Origin: the human T2T-CHM13v2.0 reference genome, Homo sapiens | DNA: 64,000 nucleotides | Direction: 5' to 3' (one strand) | Assembly: GCF_009914755.1 (NCBI RefSeq) | Contig: NC_060936.1 | Shown here: in pieces, positions 12,904-25,200 of the stretch | How positions within the stretch are numbered: the stretch's first letter is position 1 | Layout of the letters: each line of letters opens with the position of its first letter | Notes under the pieces: model-generated | The model's input: the letters and a program-made list of their open reading frames with translations, nothing else | The model's database searches: none | What the model was told of the DNA's origin: nothing | Program-made: the position numbers and the translations under genes

Positions 12904-15619
12904 CCGTTTCCAACGAAGGCCTCAAAGAGGTCCAAATATCCACTTGCAGACTTTACAAAGACAGTGTCTCCAAACTCCTCCATCAAAAGAAAGGTTATAC
13001 TCTGTGAATTGAACGCACACATCACAAAGTAGTTTCTGAGAATGATTCTGTCTAGTTTTTATACGAAGATATTTCCTTTTCTACATTTGGCCTAAAAGCG
13101 CTTGAAATCTCCACCTGCAAATATCACAAAAAGAGGGTTTCACATCTGCTCTGTCTAAAGGACAGTTCACCTCTGTGAGTTGAATAGAGGCAACACAAAG
13201 AACTTACTCAGTATTCTTCTTTCTAGCATTCTATGAAGAAATCCCGTTTCCAACGAAGGCCTCAAAGAGGTCAAATATCTGCTTGCAGACTTTACAGACA
13301 GAGTGTTTCCAAACTACTCTATGAAAAGAAAGCTTAAACTCCTTGAGTTGAACGCACACATCACAAAGTAGTTTCTGAGAATGATTCTGTCTAGTTTTTA
13401 TACGAAGATGTTTCCTTTTCTACATTTGGTCTCAAAGCTCTTGAAATCTCCAACTGGAAACTGCACAAATAGGCTGTTTCAAATCTGCTCTGTCTAAAGG
13501 AAGGTTCAGCTCTGTGAGTTGAATACACACACCACAAATAAGTTACTGAGAATTCTTCTGTCGAACATTACTTGAAGAAATCCCGTTTCCAACGAAGGCC
13601 TCAAAGAGGTCCAAATATCCACTTGCAGACGTTACAAACAGAGTGTTTCCAAACTGCTCCATCAAAAGAAAGGTTAAACTCTGTGAGCTGAACACACACA
13701 TCAAAAAGAAGTTTCTGTGAATGATTCTGTCTAGATTTTATAAGAAGATGTTTCCTTTTCTACCGTAGGCCTCAAAGCGCTTGAAATCTCCAGCTGCAAA
13801 TTCCACAAAAAGGGTGTTTAACATCTGCTCTTCTAAAGGAAAGTTCAACTCTATGAGTTGAATACACACAGCACAAAGAAGTTACTGAGACTTCTCCTAT
13901 CAAACATTATATGAAGAAATCCCGTTTCCAACGAAGGCCTCAAAGAGGTCCAAATATCTGCTTGCAGACTTTACAGACAGAGTGTTTCCAAACTGCTCCA
14001 TCAAAAGAAAGGTGAAACTCCTTGAGTTGAACACACACATCACAAAGTAGTTTCTGTGAATGATTCTGTCTAGTTTTTATACGAAGATGTTTCCTTTTCT
14101 ACCTTTGGTCTCAAAGCGATTGAAATCTCCACATGGAAACTCCACAAAAAGAGTGTTTCAAATCTGCTCTTTCTGAAGGAAGGTTCAACTCTGTGAGTTG
14201 AATACGCACACCACAAATAAGTTACTGAGAATTCTTCTGTGTAACATTATATGAGGAAATCCCGTTTCCAACGAAGGCCTCAAAGAGGTCCAAATATCCA
14301 CTTGCAGACTTTACAAAGACAGTGTCTCCAAACTCCTCCATCAAAAGAAAGGTTATACTCTGTGAATTGAACGCACACATCACAAAGTAGTTTCTGAGAA
14401 TGATTCTGTCTAGTTTTTATACGAAGATATTTCCTTTTCTACATTTGGCCTAAAAGCGCTTGAAATCTCCACCTGCAAATATCACAAAAAGAGGGTTTCA
14501 CATCTGCTCTGTCTAAAGGACAGTTCACCTCTGTGAGTTGAATAGAGGCAACACAAAGAACTTACTCAGTATTCTTCTTTCTAGCGTTCTATGAAGAAAT
14601 CCCGTTTCCAACGAAGGCCTCAAAGAGGTCAAATATCTGCTTGCAGACTTTACAGACAGAGTGTTTCCAAACTACTCTATGAAAAGAAAGCTTAAACTCC
14701 TTGAGTTGAACGCACACATCACAAAGTAGTTTCTGAGAATGATTCTGTCTAGTTTTTATACGAAGATGTTTCCTTTTCTACATTTGGTCTCAAAGCGATT
14801 GAAATCTCCAACTGGAAACTGCACAAATAGGCTGTTTCAAATCTGCTCTGTCTAAAGGAAGGTTCAGCTCTGTGAGTTGAATACACACACCACAAATAAG
14901 TTACTGAGAATTCTTCTGTCGAACATTACAGGAAGAAATCCCGTTTCCAACGAAGGCCTCAAAGAGCTCCAAATATCCACTTGCAGACATTACAAACAGT
15001 GTGTTTCCCAACTGCTCCATCAAAAGAAAGGTTAAACTCTGTGAGCTGAACACACACATCAAAAAGAAGTTTCTGTGAATGATTCTGTCTAGATTTTATA
15101 AGAAGATGTTTCCTTTTCTACCGTAGGCCTCAAAGCGCTTGAAATCTCCAGCTGCAAATTCCACAAAAAGGGTGTTTAACATCTGCTCTTCTAAAGGAAA
15201 GTTCAACTCTATGAGTTGAATACACACAGCACAAAGAAGTTACTGAGACTTCTCCTATCAAACATTATATGAAGAAATCCCGTTTCCAACGAAGGCCTCA
15301 AAGAGGTCCAAATATCTGCTTGCAGACTTTACAGACAGAGTGTTTCCAAACTGCTCCATCAAAAGAAAGGTTAAACTCCTTGAGTTGAACACACACATCA
15401 CAAAGTAGTTTCTGTGAATGATTCTGTCTAGTTTTTATACGAAGATGTTTCCTTTTCTACCTTTGGTCTCAAAGCGATTGAAATCTCCACATGGAAACTC
15501 CACAAAAAGAGTGTTTCAAATCTGCTCTTTCTGAAGGAAGGTTCAACTCTGTGAGTTGAATACACACACCACAAATAAGTTACTGAGAATTCTTCTGTGT
15601 AACATTATATGAGGAAATC

Positions 15620-16299
15620 CCGTTTCCAACGAAGGCCTCAAAGAGGTCCAAATATCCACTTGCAGACTTTACAAAGACAGTGTCTCCAAACTCCTCCATC
15701 AAAAGAAAGGTTATACTCTGTGAATTGAACGCACACATCACAAAGTAGTTTCTGAGAATGATTCTGTCTAGTTTTTATACGAAGATATTTCCTTTTCTAC
15801 ATTTGGCCTAAAAGCGCTTGAAATCTCCACCTGCAAATATCACAAAAAGAGGGTTTCACATCTGCTCTGTCTAAAGGACAGTTCACCTCTGTGAGTTGAA
15901 TAGAGGCAACACAAGGAACTTACTCAGTATTCTTCTTTCTAGCATTCTATGAAGAAATCCCGTTTCCAACGAAGGCCCCAAAGAGATCTAAATATCTGCT
16001 TGCAGACTTTACAGACAGAGTTTTTCCAAACTGCTCCATCAAAAGAAAGGTTAAACTCCTTGAGTTGAACACACACATCACAAAGTAGTTTCTGTGAATG
16101 ATTCTGTCTAGTTTTTATAAGAAGATGTTTCCTTTTCTACCTTTGGTCTCAAAGCGATTGAAATCTCCACATGGAAACTCCTCAAAAAGAGTGTTTCAAA
16201 TCTGCTCTTTCTGAAGGAAGGTTCAACTCTGTGAGTTGAATACACACACCACAAATAAGTTACTGAGAATTCTTCTGTGTAACATTATATGAGGAAATC
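15620..16299 (-). repeat. 4-mer HOR variant A-D' (680 bp; lacks dimers B and C). Also at 1, 46183 and 50937; related A-D form at 35314 and 41428
   Basis: Dimer A is followed directly by a D-type dimer and then another A. D' carries ggcccc, gagttttt, tataagaag and ctcctc. In this haplotype A has 'acaaggaac' and D' has 'gagatc'. Confidence 0.92.
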
Positions 16300-19200
16300 C
16301 CGTTTCCATCGAAGGCCTCAAAGAGGTCCAAATATCCACTTGCAGACTTTACAAAGACAGTGTCTCCAAACTCCTCCATCAAAAGAAAGGTTATACTCTG
16401 TGAATTGAACGCACACATCACAAAGTAGTTTCTGAGAATGATTCTGTCTAGTTTTTATACGAAGATATTTCCTTTTCTACATTTGGCCTAAAAGCGCTTG
16501 AAATCTCCACCTGCAAATATCACAAAAAGAGGGTTTCACATCTGCTCTGTCTAAAGGACAGTTCACCTCTGTGAGTTGAATAGAGGCAACACAAAGAACT
16601 TACTCAGTATTCTTCTTTCTAGCATTCTATGAAGAAATCCCGTTTCCAACGAAGGCCTCAAAGAGGTCAAATATCTGCTTGCAGACTTTACAGACAGAGT
16701 GTTTCCAAACTACTCGATGAAAAGAAAGCTTAAACTCCTTGAGTTGAACGCACACATCACAAAGTAGTTTCTGAGAATGATTCTGTCTAGTTTTTATACG
16801 AAGATGTTTCCTTTTCTACATTTGGTCTGAAAGCGATTGAAATCTCCAACTGGAAACTGCACAAATAGGCTGTTTCAAATCTGCTCTGTCTAAAGGAAGG
16901 TTCAGCTCTGTGAGTTGAATACACACACCACAAATAAGTTACTGAGAATTCTTCTGTCGAACATTACAGGAAGAAATCCCGTTTCCAATGAAGGCCTCAA
17001 AGAGGTCCAAATATCCACTTGCGGACATTACAAACAGTGTGTTTCCCAACTGCTCCATCAAAAGAAAGGTTAAACTCTGTGAGCTGAACACACACATCAA
17101 AAAGAAGTTTCTGTGAATGATTCTGTCTAGATTTTATAAGAAGATGTTTCCTTTTCTACCGTAGGCCTCAAAGCGCTTGAAATCTCCAGCTGCAAATTCC
17201 ACAAAAAGGGTGTTTAACATCTGCTCTTCTAAAGGAAAGTTCAACTCTATGAGTTCAATACACACAGCACAAAGAAGTTACTGAGACTTCTCCTATCAAA
17301 CATTATATGAAGAAATCCCGTTTCCAACGAAGGCCTCAAAGAGGTCCAAATATCTGCTTGCAGACTTTACAGACAGAGTGTTTCCAAACTGCTCCATCAA
17401 AAGAAAGGTTAAACTCCTTGAGTTGAACACACACATCACAAGGTAGTTTCTGTGAATGATTCTGTCTAGTTTTTATACGAAGATGTTTCCTTTTCTACCT
17501 TTGGTCTCAAAGCGATTGAAATCTCCACATGGAAACTCCACAAAAAGAGTGTTTCAAATCTGCTCTTTCTGAAGGAAGGTTCAACTCTGTGAGTTGAATA
17601 CGCACACCACAAATAAGTTACTGAGAATTCTTCTGTGTAACATTATATGAGGAAATCCCGTTTCCAACGAAGGCCTCAAAGAGGTCCAAATATCCACTTG
17701 CAGACTTTACAAAGACAGTGTCTCCAAACTCCTCCATCAAAAGAAAGGTTATACTCTGTGAATTGAACGCACACATCACAAAGTAGTTTCTGAGAATGAT
17801 TCTGTCTAGTTTTTATACGAAGATATTTCCTTTTCTACATTTGGCCTAAAAGCGCTTGAAATCTCCACCTGCAAATATCACAAAAAGAGGGTTTCACATC
17901 TGCTCTGTCTAAAGGACAGTTCACCTCTGTGAGTTGAATAGAGGCAACACAAAGAACTTACTCAGTATTCTTCTTTCTAGCGTTCTATGAAGAAATCCCG
18001 TTTCCAACGAAGGCCTCAAAGAGGTCAAATATCTGCTTGCAGACTTTACAGACAGAGTGTTTCCAAACTACTCTATGAAAAGAAAGCTTAAACTCCTTGA
18101 GTTGAACGCACACATCACAAAGTAGTTTCTGAGAATGATTCTGTCTAGTTTTTATACGAAGATGTTTCCTTTTCTACATTTGGTCTCAAAGCGATTGAAA
18201 TCTCCAACTGGAAACTGCACAAATAGGGTGTTTCAAATCTGCTCTGTCTAAAGGAAGGTTCAACTCTGTGAGTTGAATACACACACCACAAATAAGTTAC
18301 TGAGAATTCTTCTGTCGAACATTACTTGAAGAAATCCCGTTTCCAACGAAGGCCTCAAAGAGGTCCAAATATCCACTTGCAGACATTACAAACAGAGTGT
18401 TTCCAAACTGCTCCATCAAAAGAAAGGTTAAACTCTGTGAGCTGAACACACACATCAAAAAGAAGTTTCTGTGAATGATTCTGTCTAGATTTTATAAGAA
18501 GATGTTTCCTTTTCTACCGTAGGCCTCAAAGCGCTTGAAATCTCCAGCTGCAAATTCCACAAAAAGGGTGTTTAACATCTGCTCTTCTAAAGGAAAGTTC
18601 AACTCTATGAGTTGAATACACACAGCACAAAGAAGTTACTGAGACTTCTCCTATCAAACATTATATGAAGAAATCCCGTTTTCAACGAAGGCCTCAAAGA
18701 GGTCCAAATATCTGCTTGCAGACTTTACAGACAGAGTGTTTCCAAACTGCTCCATCAAAAGAAAGGTTAAACTCCTTGAGTTGAACACACACATCACAAA
18801 GTAGTTTCTGTGAATGATTCTGTCTAGTTTTTATACGAAGATGTTTCCTTTTCTACCTTTGGTCTCAAAGCGATTGAAATCTCCACATGGAAACTCCACC
18901 AAAAGAGTGTTTCAAATCTGCTCTTTCTGAAGGAAGGTTCAACTCTGTGAGTTGAATACAGACACCACGAATAAGTTACTGAGAATTCTTCTGTGTAACA
19001 TTATATGAGGAAATCCCGTTTCCAACGAAGGCCTCAAAGAGGTCCAAATATCTACTTGCAGACTTTACAAAGACAGTGTCTCCAAACTCCTCCATCAAAA
19101 GAAAGGTTATACTCTGTGAATTGAACGCACACATCACAAAGTAGTTTCTGAGAATGATTCTGTCTAGTTTTTATACGAAGATATTTCCTTTTCTACATTT

Positions 19201-22200
19201 GGCCTAAAAGCGCTTGAAATCTCCACCTGCAAATATCACAAAAAGAGGGTTTCACATCTGCTCTGTCTAAAGGACAGTTCACCTCTGTGAGTTGAATAGA
19301 GGCAACACAAAGAACTTACTCAGTATTCTTCTTTCTAGCGTTCTATGAAGAAATCCCGTTTCCAACGAAGGCCTCAAAGAGGTCAAATATCTGCTTGCAG
19401 ACTTTACAGACAGAGTGTTTCCAAACTACTCTATGAAAAGAAAGCTTAAACTCCTTGAGTTGAACGCACACATCACAAAGTAGTTTCTGAGAATGATTCT
19501 GTCTAGTTTTTATACGAAGATGTTTCCTTTTCTACATTTGGTCTCAAAGCGATTGAAATCTCCAACTGGAAACTGCACAAATAGGCTGTTTCAAATCTGC
19601 TCTGTCTAAAGGAAGGTTCAGCTCTGTGTGTTGAATACACACACCACAAATAAGTTACTGAGAATTCTTCTGTCGAACATTACAGGAAGAAATCCCGTTT
19701 CCAACGAAGGCCTCAAAGAGGTCCAAATATCCACTTGCGGACGTTACAAACAGTGTGTTTCCCAACTGCTCCATCAAAAGAAAGGTTAAACTCTGTGAGC
19801 TGAACACACACATCAAAAAGAAGTTTCTGTGAATGATTCTGTCTAGATTTTATAAGAAGATGTTCCTTTTCTACCGTAGGCCTCAAAGCGCTTGAAATCT
19901 CCAGCTGCAAATTCCACAAAAAGAGTGTTTAACATCTGCTCTTCTAAAGGAAAGTTCAACTCTATGAGTTGAATACACACAGCACAAAGAAGTTACTGAG
20001 ACTTCTCCTATCAAACATTATATGAAGAAATCCCGTTTCCAACGAAGGCCTCAAAGAGGTCCAAATGTCTGCTTGCAGACTTTACAGACAGAGTGTTTCC
20101 AAACTGCTCCATCAAAAGAAAGGTTAAACTCCTTGAGTTGGACACACACATCACAAAGTAGTTTCTGTGAATGATTCTGTCTAGTTTTTATACGAAGATG
20201 TTTCCTTTTCTACCTTTGGTCTCAAAGCGATTGAAATCTCCACATGGAAACTCCACAAAAAGAGTGTTTCAAATCTGCTCTTTCTGAAGGAAGGTTCAAC
20301 TCTGTGAGTTGAATACACACACCACAAATAAGTTACTGAGAATTCTTCTGTGTAACATTATATGAGGAAATCCCGTTTCCAACGAAGGCCTCAAAGAGGT
20401 CCAAATATCCACTTGCAGACTTTACAAAGACAGTGTCTCCAAACTCCTCCATCAAAAGAAAGGTTATACTCTGTGAATTGAACGCACACATCACAAAGTA
20501 GTTTCTGAGAATGATTCTGTCTAGTTTTTATACGAAGATATTTCCTTTTCTACATTTGGCCTAAAAGCGCTTGAAATCTCCACCTGCAAATATCACAAAA
20601 AGAGGGTTTCACATCTGCTCTGTCTAAAGGACAGTTCACCTCTGTGAGTTGAATAGAGGCAACACAAAGAACTTACTCAGTATTCTTCTTTCTAGCGTTC
20701 TATGAAGAAATCCCGTTTCCAACGAAGGCCTCAAAGAGCTCAAATATCTGCTTGCAGACTTTACAGACAGAGTGTTTCCAAACTACTCTATGAAAAGAAA
20801 GCTTAAACTCCTTGAGTTGAACGCACACATCACAAAGTAGTTTCTGAGAATGATTCTGTCTAGTTTTTATACGAAGATGTTTCCTTTTCTACATTTGGTC
20901 TCAAAGCTCTTGAAATCTCCAACTGGAAACTGCACAAATAGGCTGTTTCAAATCTGCTCTGTCTAAAGGAAGGTTCAACTCTGTGAGTTGAATACACACA
21001 CCACAAATAAGTTACTGAGAATTCTTCTGTCGAACATTACTTGAAGAAATCCCGTTTCCAACGAAGGCCTCAAACAGGTCCAAATATCCACTTGCAGACG
21101 TTACAAACAGAGTGTTTCCAAACTGCTCCATCAAAAGAAAGGTTAAACTCTGTGAGCTGAACACACACATCAAAAAGAAGTTTCTGTGAATGATTCTGTC
21201 TAGATTTTATAAGAAGATGTTTCCTTTTCTACCGTAGGCCTCAAAGCGCTTGAAATCTCCAGCTGCAAATTCCACAAAAAGGGTGTTTAACATCTGCTCT
21301 TCTAAAGGAAAGTTCAACTCTATGAGTTGAATACACACAGCACAAAGAAGTTACTGAGACTTCTCCTATCAAACATTATATGAAGAAATCCCGTTTCCAA
21401 CGAAGGCCTCAAAGAGGTCCAAATATCTGCTTGCAGACTTTACAGACAGAGTGTTTCCAAACTGCTCCATCAAAAGAAAGGTTAAACTCCTTGAGTTGAA
21501 CACACACATCACAAAGTAGTTTCTGTGAATGATTCTGTCTAGTTTTTATACGAAGATGTTTCCTTTTCTACCTTTGGTCTCAAAGCGATTGAAATCTCCA
21601 CATGGAAACTCCACAAAAAGAGTGTTTCAAATCTGCTCTTTCTGAAGGAAGGTTCAACTCTGTGAGTTGAATACACACACCACAAATAAGTTACTGAGAA
21701 TTCTTCTGTGTAACATTATATGAGGAAATCCCGTTTCCAACGAAGGCCTCAAAGAGGTCCAAATATCCACTTGCAGACTTTACAAAGACAGTGTCTCCAA
21801 ACTCCTCCATCAAAAGAAAGGTTATACTCTGTGAATTGAACGCACACATCACAAAGTAGTTTCTGAGAATGATTCTGTCTAGTTTTTATACGAAGATATT
21901 TCCTTTTCTACATTTGGCCTAAAAGCGCTTGAAATCTCCACCTGCAAATATCACAAAAAGAGGGTTTCACATCTGCTCTGTCTAAAGGACAGTTCACCTC
22001 TGTGAGTTGAATAGAGGCAACACAAAGAACTTACTCAGTATTCTTCTTTCTAGCGTTCTATGAAGAAATCCCGTTTCCAACGAAGGCCTCAAAGAGCTCA
22101 AATATCTGCTTGCAGACTTTACAGACAGAGTGTTTCCAAACTACTCTATGAAAAGAAAGCTTAAACTCCTTGAGTTGAACGCACACATCACAAAGTAGTT

Positions 22201-25200
22201 TCTGAGAATGATTCTGTCTAGTTTTTATACGAAGATGTTTCCTTTTCTACATTTGGTCTCAAAGCTCTTGAAATCTCCAACTGGAAACTGCACAAATAGG
22301 CTGTTTCAAATCTGCTCTGTCTAAAGGAAGGTTCAACTCTGTGAGTTGAATACACACACCACAAATAAGTTACTGAGAATTCTTCTGTCGAACATTACTT
22401 GAAGAAATCCCGTTTCCAACGAAGGCCTCAAACAGGTCCAAATATCCACTTGCAGACGTTACAAACAGAGTGTTTCCAAACTGCTCCATCAAAAGAAAGG
22501 TTAAACTCTGTGAGCTGAACACACACATCAAAAAGAAGTTTCTGTGAATGATTCTGTCTAGATTTTATAAGAAGATGTTTCCTTTTCTACCGTAGGCCTC
22601 AAAGCGCTTGAAATCTCCAGCTGCAAATTCCACAAAAAGGGTGTTTAACATCTGCTCTTCTAAAGGAAAGTTCAACTCTATGAGTTGAATACACACAGCA
22701 CAAAGAAGTTACTGAGACTTCTCCTATCAAACATTATATGAAGAAATCCCGTTTCCAACGAAGGCCTCAAAGAGGTCCAAATATCTGCTTGCAGACTTTA
22801 CAGACAGAGTGTTTCCAAACTGCTCCATCAAAAGAAAGGTTAAACTCCTTGAGTTGAACACACACATCCCAAAGTAGTTTCTGTGAATGATTCTGTCTAG
22901 TTTTTATACGAAGATGTTTCCTTTTCTACCTTTGGTCTCAAAACGATTGAAATCTCCACATGGAAACTCCACAAAAAGAGTGTTTCAAATCTGCTCTTTC
23001 TGAAGGAAGGTTCAACTCTGTGAGTTGAATACACACACCACAAATAAGTTACTGAGAATTCTTCTGTGTAACATTATATGAGGAAATCCCGTTTCCAACG
23101 AAGGCCTCAAAGAGGTCCAAATATCCACTTGCAGACTTTACAAAGACAGTGTCTCCAAACTCCTCCATCAAAAGAAAGGTTATACTCTGTGAATTGAACG
23201 CACACATCACAAAGTAGTTTCTGAGAATGATTCTGTCTAGTTTTTATACGAAGATATTTCCTTTTCTACATTTGGCCTAAAAGCGCTTGAAATCTCCACC
23301 TGCAAATATCACAAAAAGAGGGTTTCACATCTGCTCTGTCTAAAGGACAGTTCACCTCTGTGAGTTGAATAGAGGCAACACAAAGAACTTACTCAGTATT
23401 CTTCTTTCTAGCGTTCTATGAAGAAATCCCGTTTCCAACGAAGGCCTCAAAGAGGTCAAATATCTGCTTGCAGACTTTACAGACAGAGTGTTTCCAAACT
23501 ACTCTATGAAAAGAAAGCTTAAACTCCTTGAGTTGAACGCACACATCACAAAGTAGTTTCTGAGAATGATTCTGTCTAGTTTTTATACGAAGATGTTTCC
23601 TTTTCTACATTTGGTCTCAAAGCGATTGAAATCTCCAACTGGAAACTGCACAAATAGGGTGTTTCAAATCTGCTCTGTCTAAAGGAAGGTTCAACTCTGT
23701 GAGTTGAATACACACACCACAAATAAGTTACTGAGAATTCTTCTGTCGAACATTACTTGAAGAAATCCCGTTTCCAACGAAGGCCTCAAAGAGGTCCAAA
23801 TATCCACTTGCAGACGTTACAAACAGAGTGTTTCCAAACTGCTCCATCAAAAGAAAGGTTAAACTCTGTGAGCTGAACACACACATCAAAAAGAAGTTTC
23901 TGTGAATGATTCTGTCTAGATTTTATAAGAAGATGTTTCCTTTTCTACCGTAGGCCTCAAAGCGCTTGAAATCTCCAGCTGCAAATTCCACAAAAAGGGT
24001 GTTTAACATCTGCTCTTCTAAAGGAAAGTTCAACTCTATGAGTTGAATACACACAGCACAAAGAAGTTACTGAGACTTCTCCTATCAAACATTATATGAA
24101 GAAATCCCATTTCCAACGAAGGCCTCAAAGAGGTCCAAATATCTGCTTGCAGACTTTACAGACAGAGTGTTTCCAAACTGCTCCATCAAAAGAAAGGTTA
24201 AACTCCTTGAGTTGAACACACACATCACAAAGTAGTTTCTGTGAATGATTCTGTCTAGTTTTTATACGAAGATGTTTCCTTTTCTACCTTTGGTCTCAAA
24301 GCGATTGAAATCTCCACATGGAAACTCCACAAAAAGAGTGTTTCAAATCTGCTCTTTCTGAAGGAAGGTTCAACTCTGTGAGTTGAATACACACACCACA
24401 AATAAGTTACTGAGAATTCTTCTGTGTAACATTATATGAGGAAATCCCGTTTCCAACGAAGGCCTCAAAGAGGTCCAAATATCCACTTGCAGACTTTACA
24501 AAGACAGTGTCTCCAAACTCCTCCATCAAAAGAAAGGTTATACTCTGTGAATTGAACGCACACATCACAAAGTAGTTTCTGAGAATGATTCTGTCTAGTT
24601 TTTATACGAAGATATTTCCTTTTCTACATTTGGCCTAAAAGCGCTTGAAATCTCCACCTGCAAATATCACAAAAAGAGGGTTTCACATCTGCTCTGTCTA
24701 AAGGACAGTTCACCTCTGTGAGTTGAATAGAGGCAACACAAAGAACTTACTCAGTATTCTTCTTTCTAGCATTCTATGAAGAAATCCCGTTTCCAACGAA
24801 GGCCCCAAAGAGGTCCAAATATCTGCTTGCAGACTTTACAGACAGAGTGTTTCCAAACTACTCTATGAAAAGAAAGCTTAAACTCCTTGAGTTGAACGCA
24901 CACATCACAAAGTAGTTTCTGAGAATGATTCTGTCTAGTTTTTATACGAAGATGTTTCCTTTTCTACATTTGGTCTCAAAGCTCTTGAAATCTCCAACTG
25001 GAAACTGCACAAATAGGCTGTTTCAAATCTGCTCTGTCTAAAGGAAGGTTCAACTCTGTGAGTTGAATACACACACCACAAATAAGTTACTGAGAATTCT
25101 TCTGTCGAACATTACTTGAAGAAATCCCGTTTCCAACGAAGGCCTCAAAGAGGTCCAAATATCCACTTGCAGACGTTACAAACAGAGTGTTTCCAAACTG

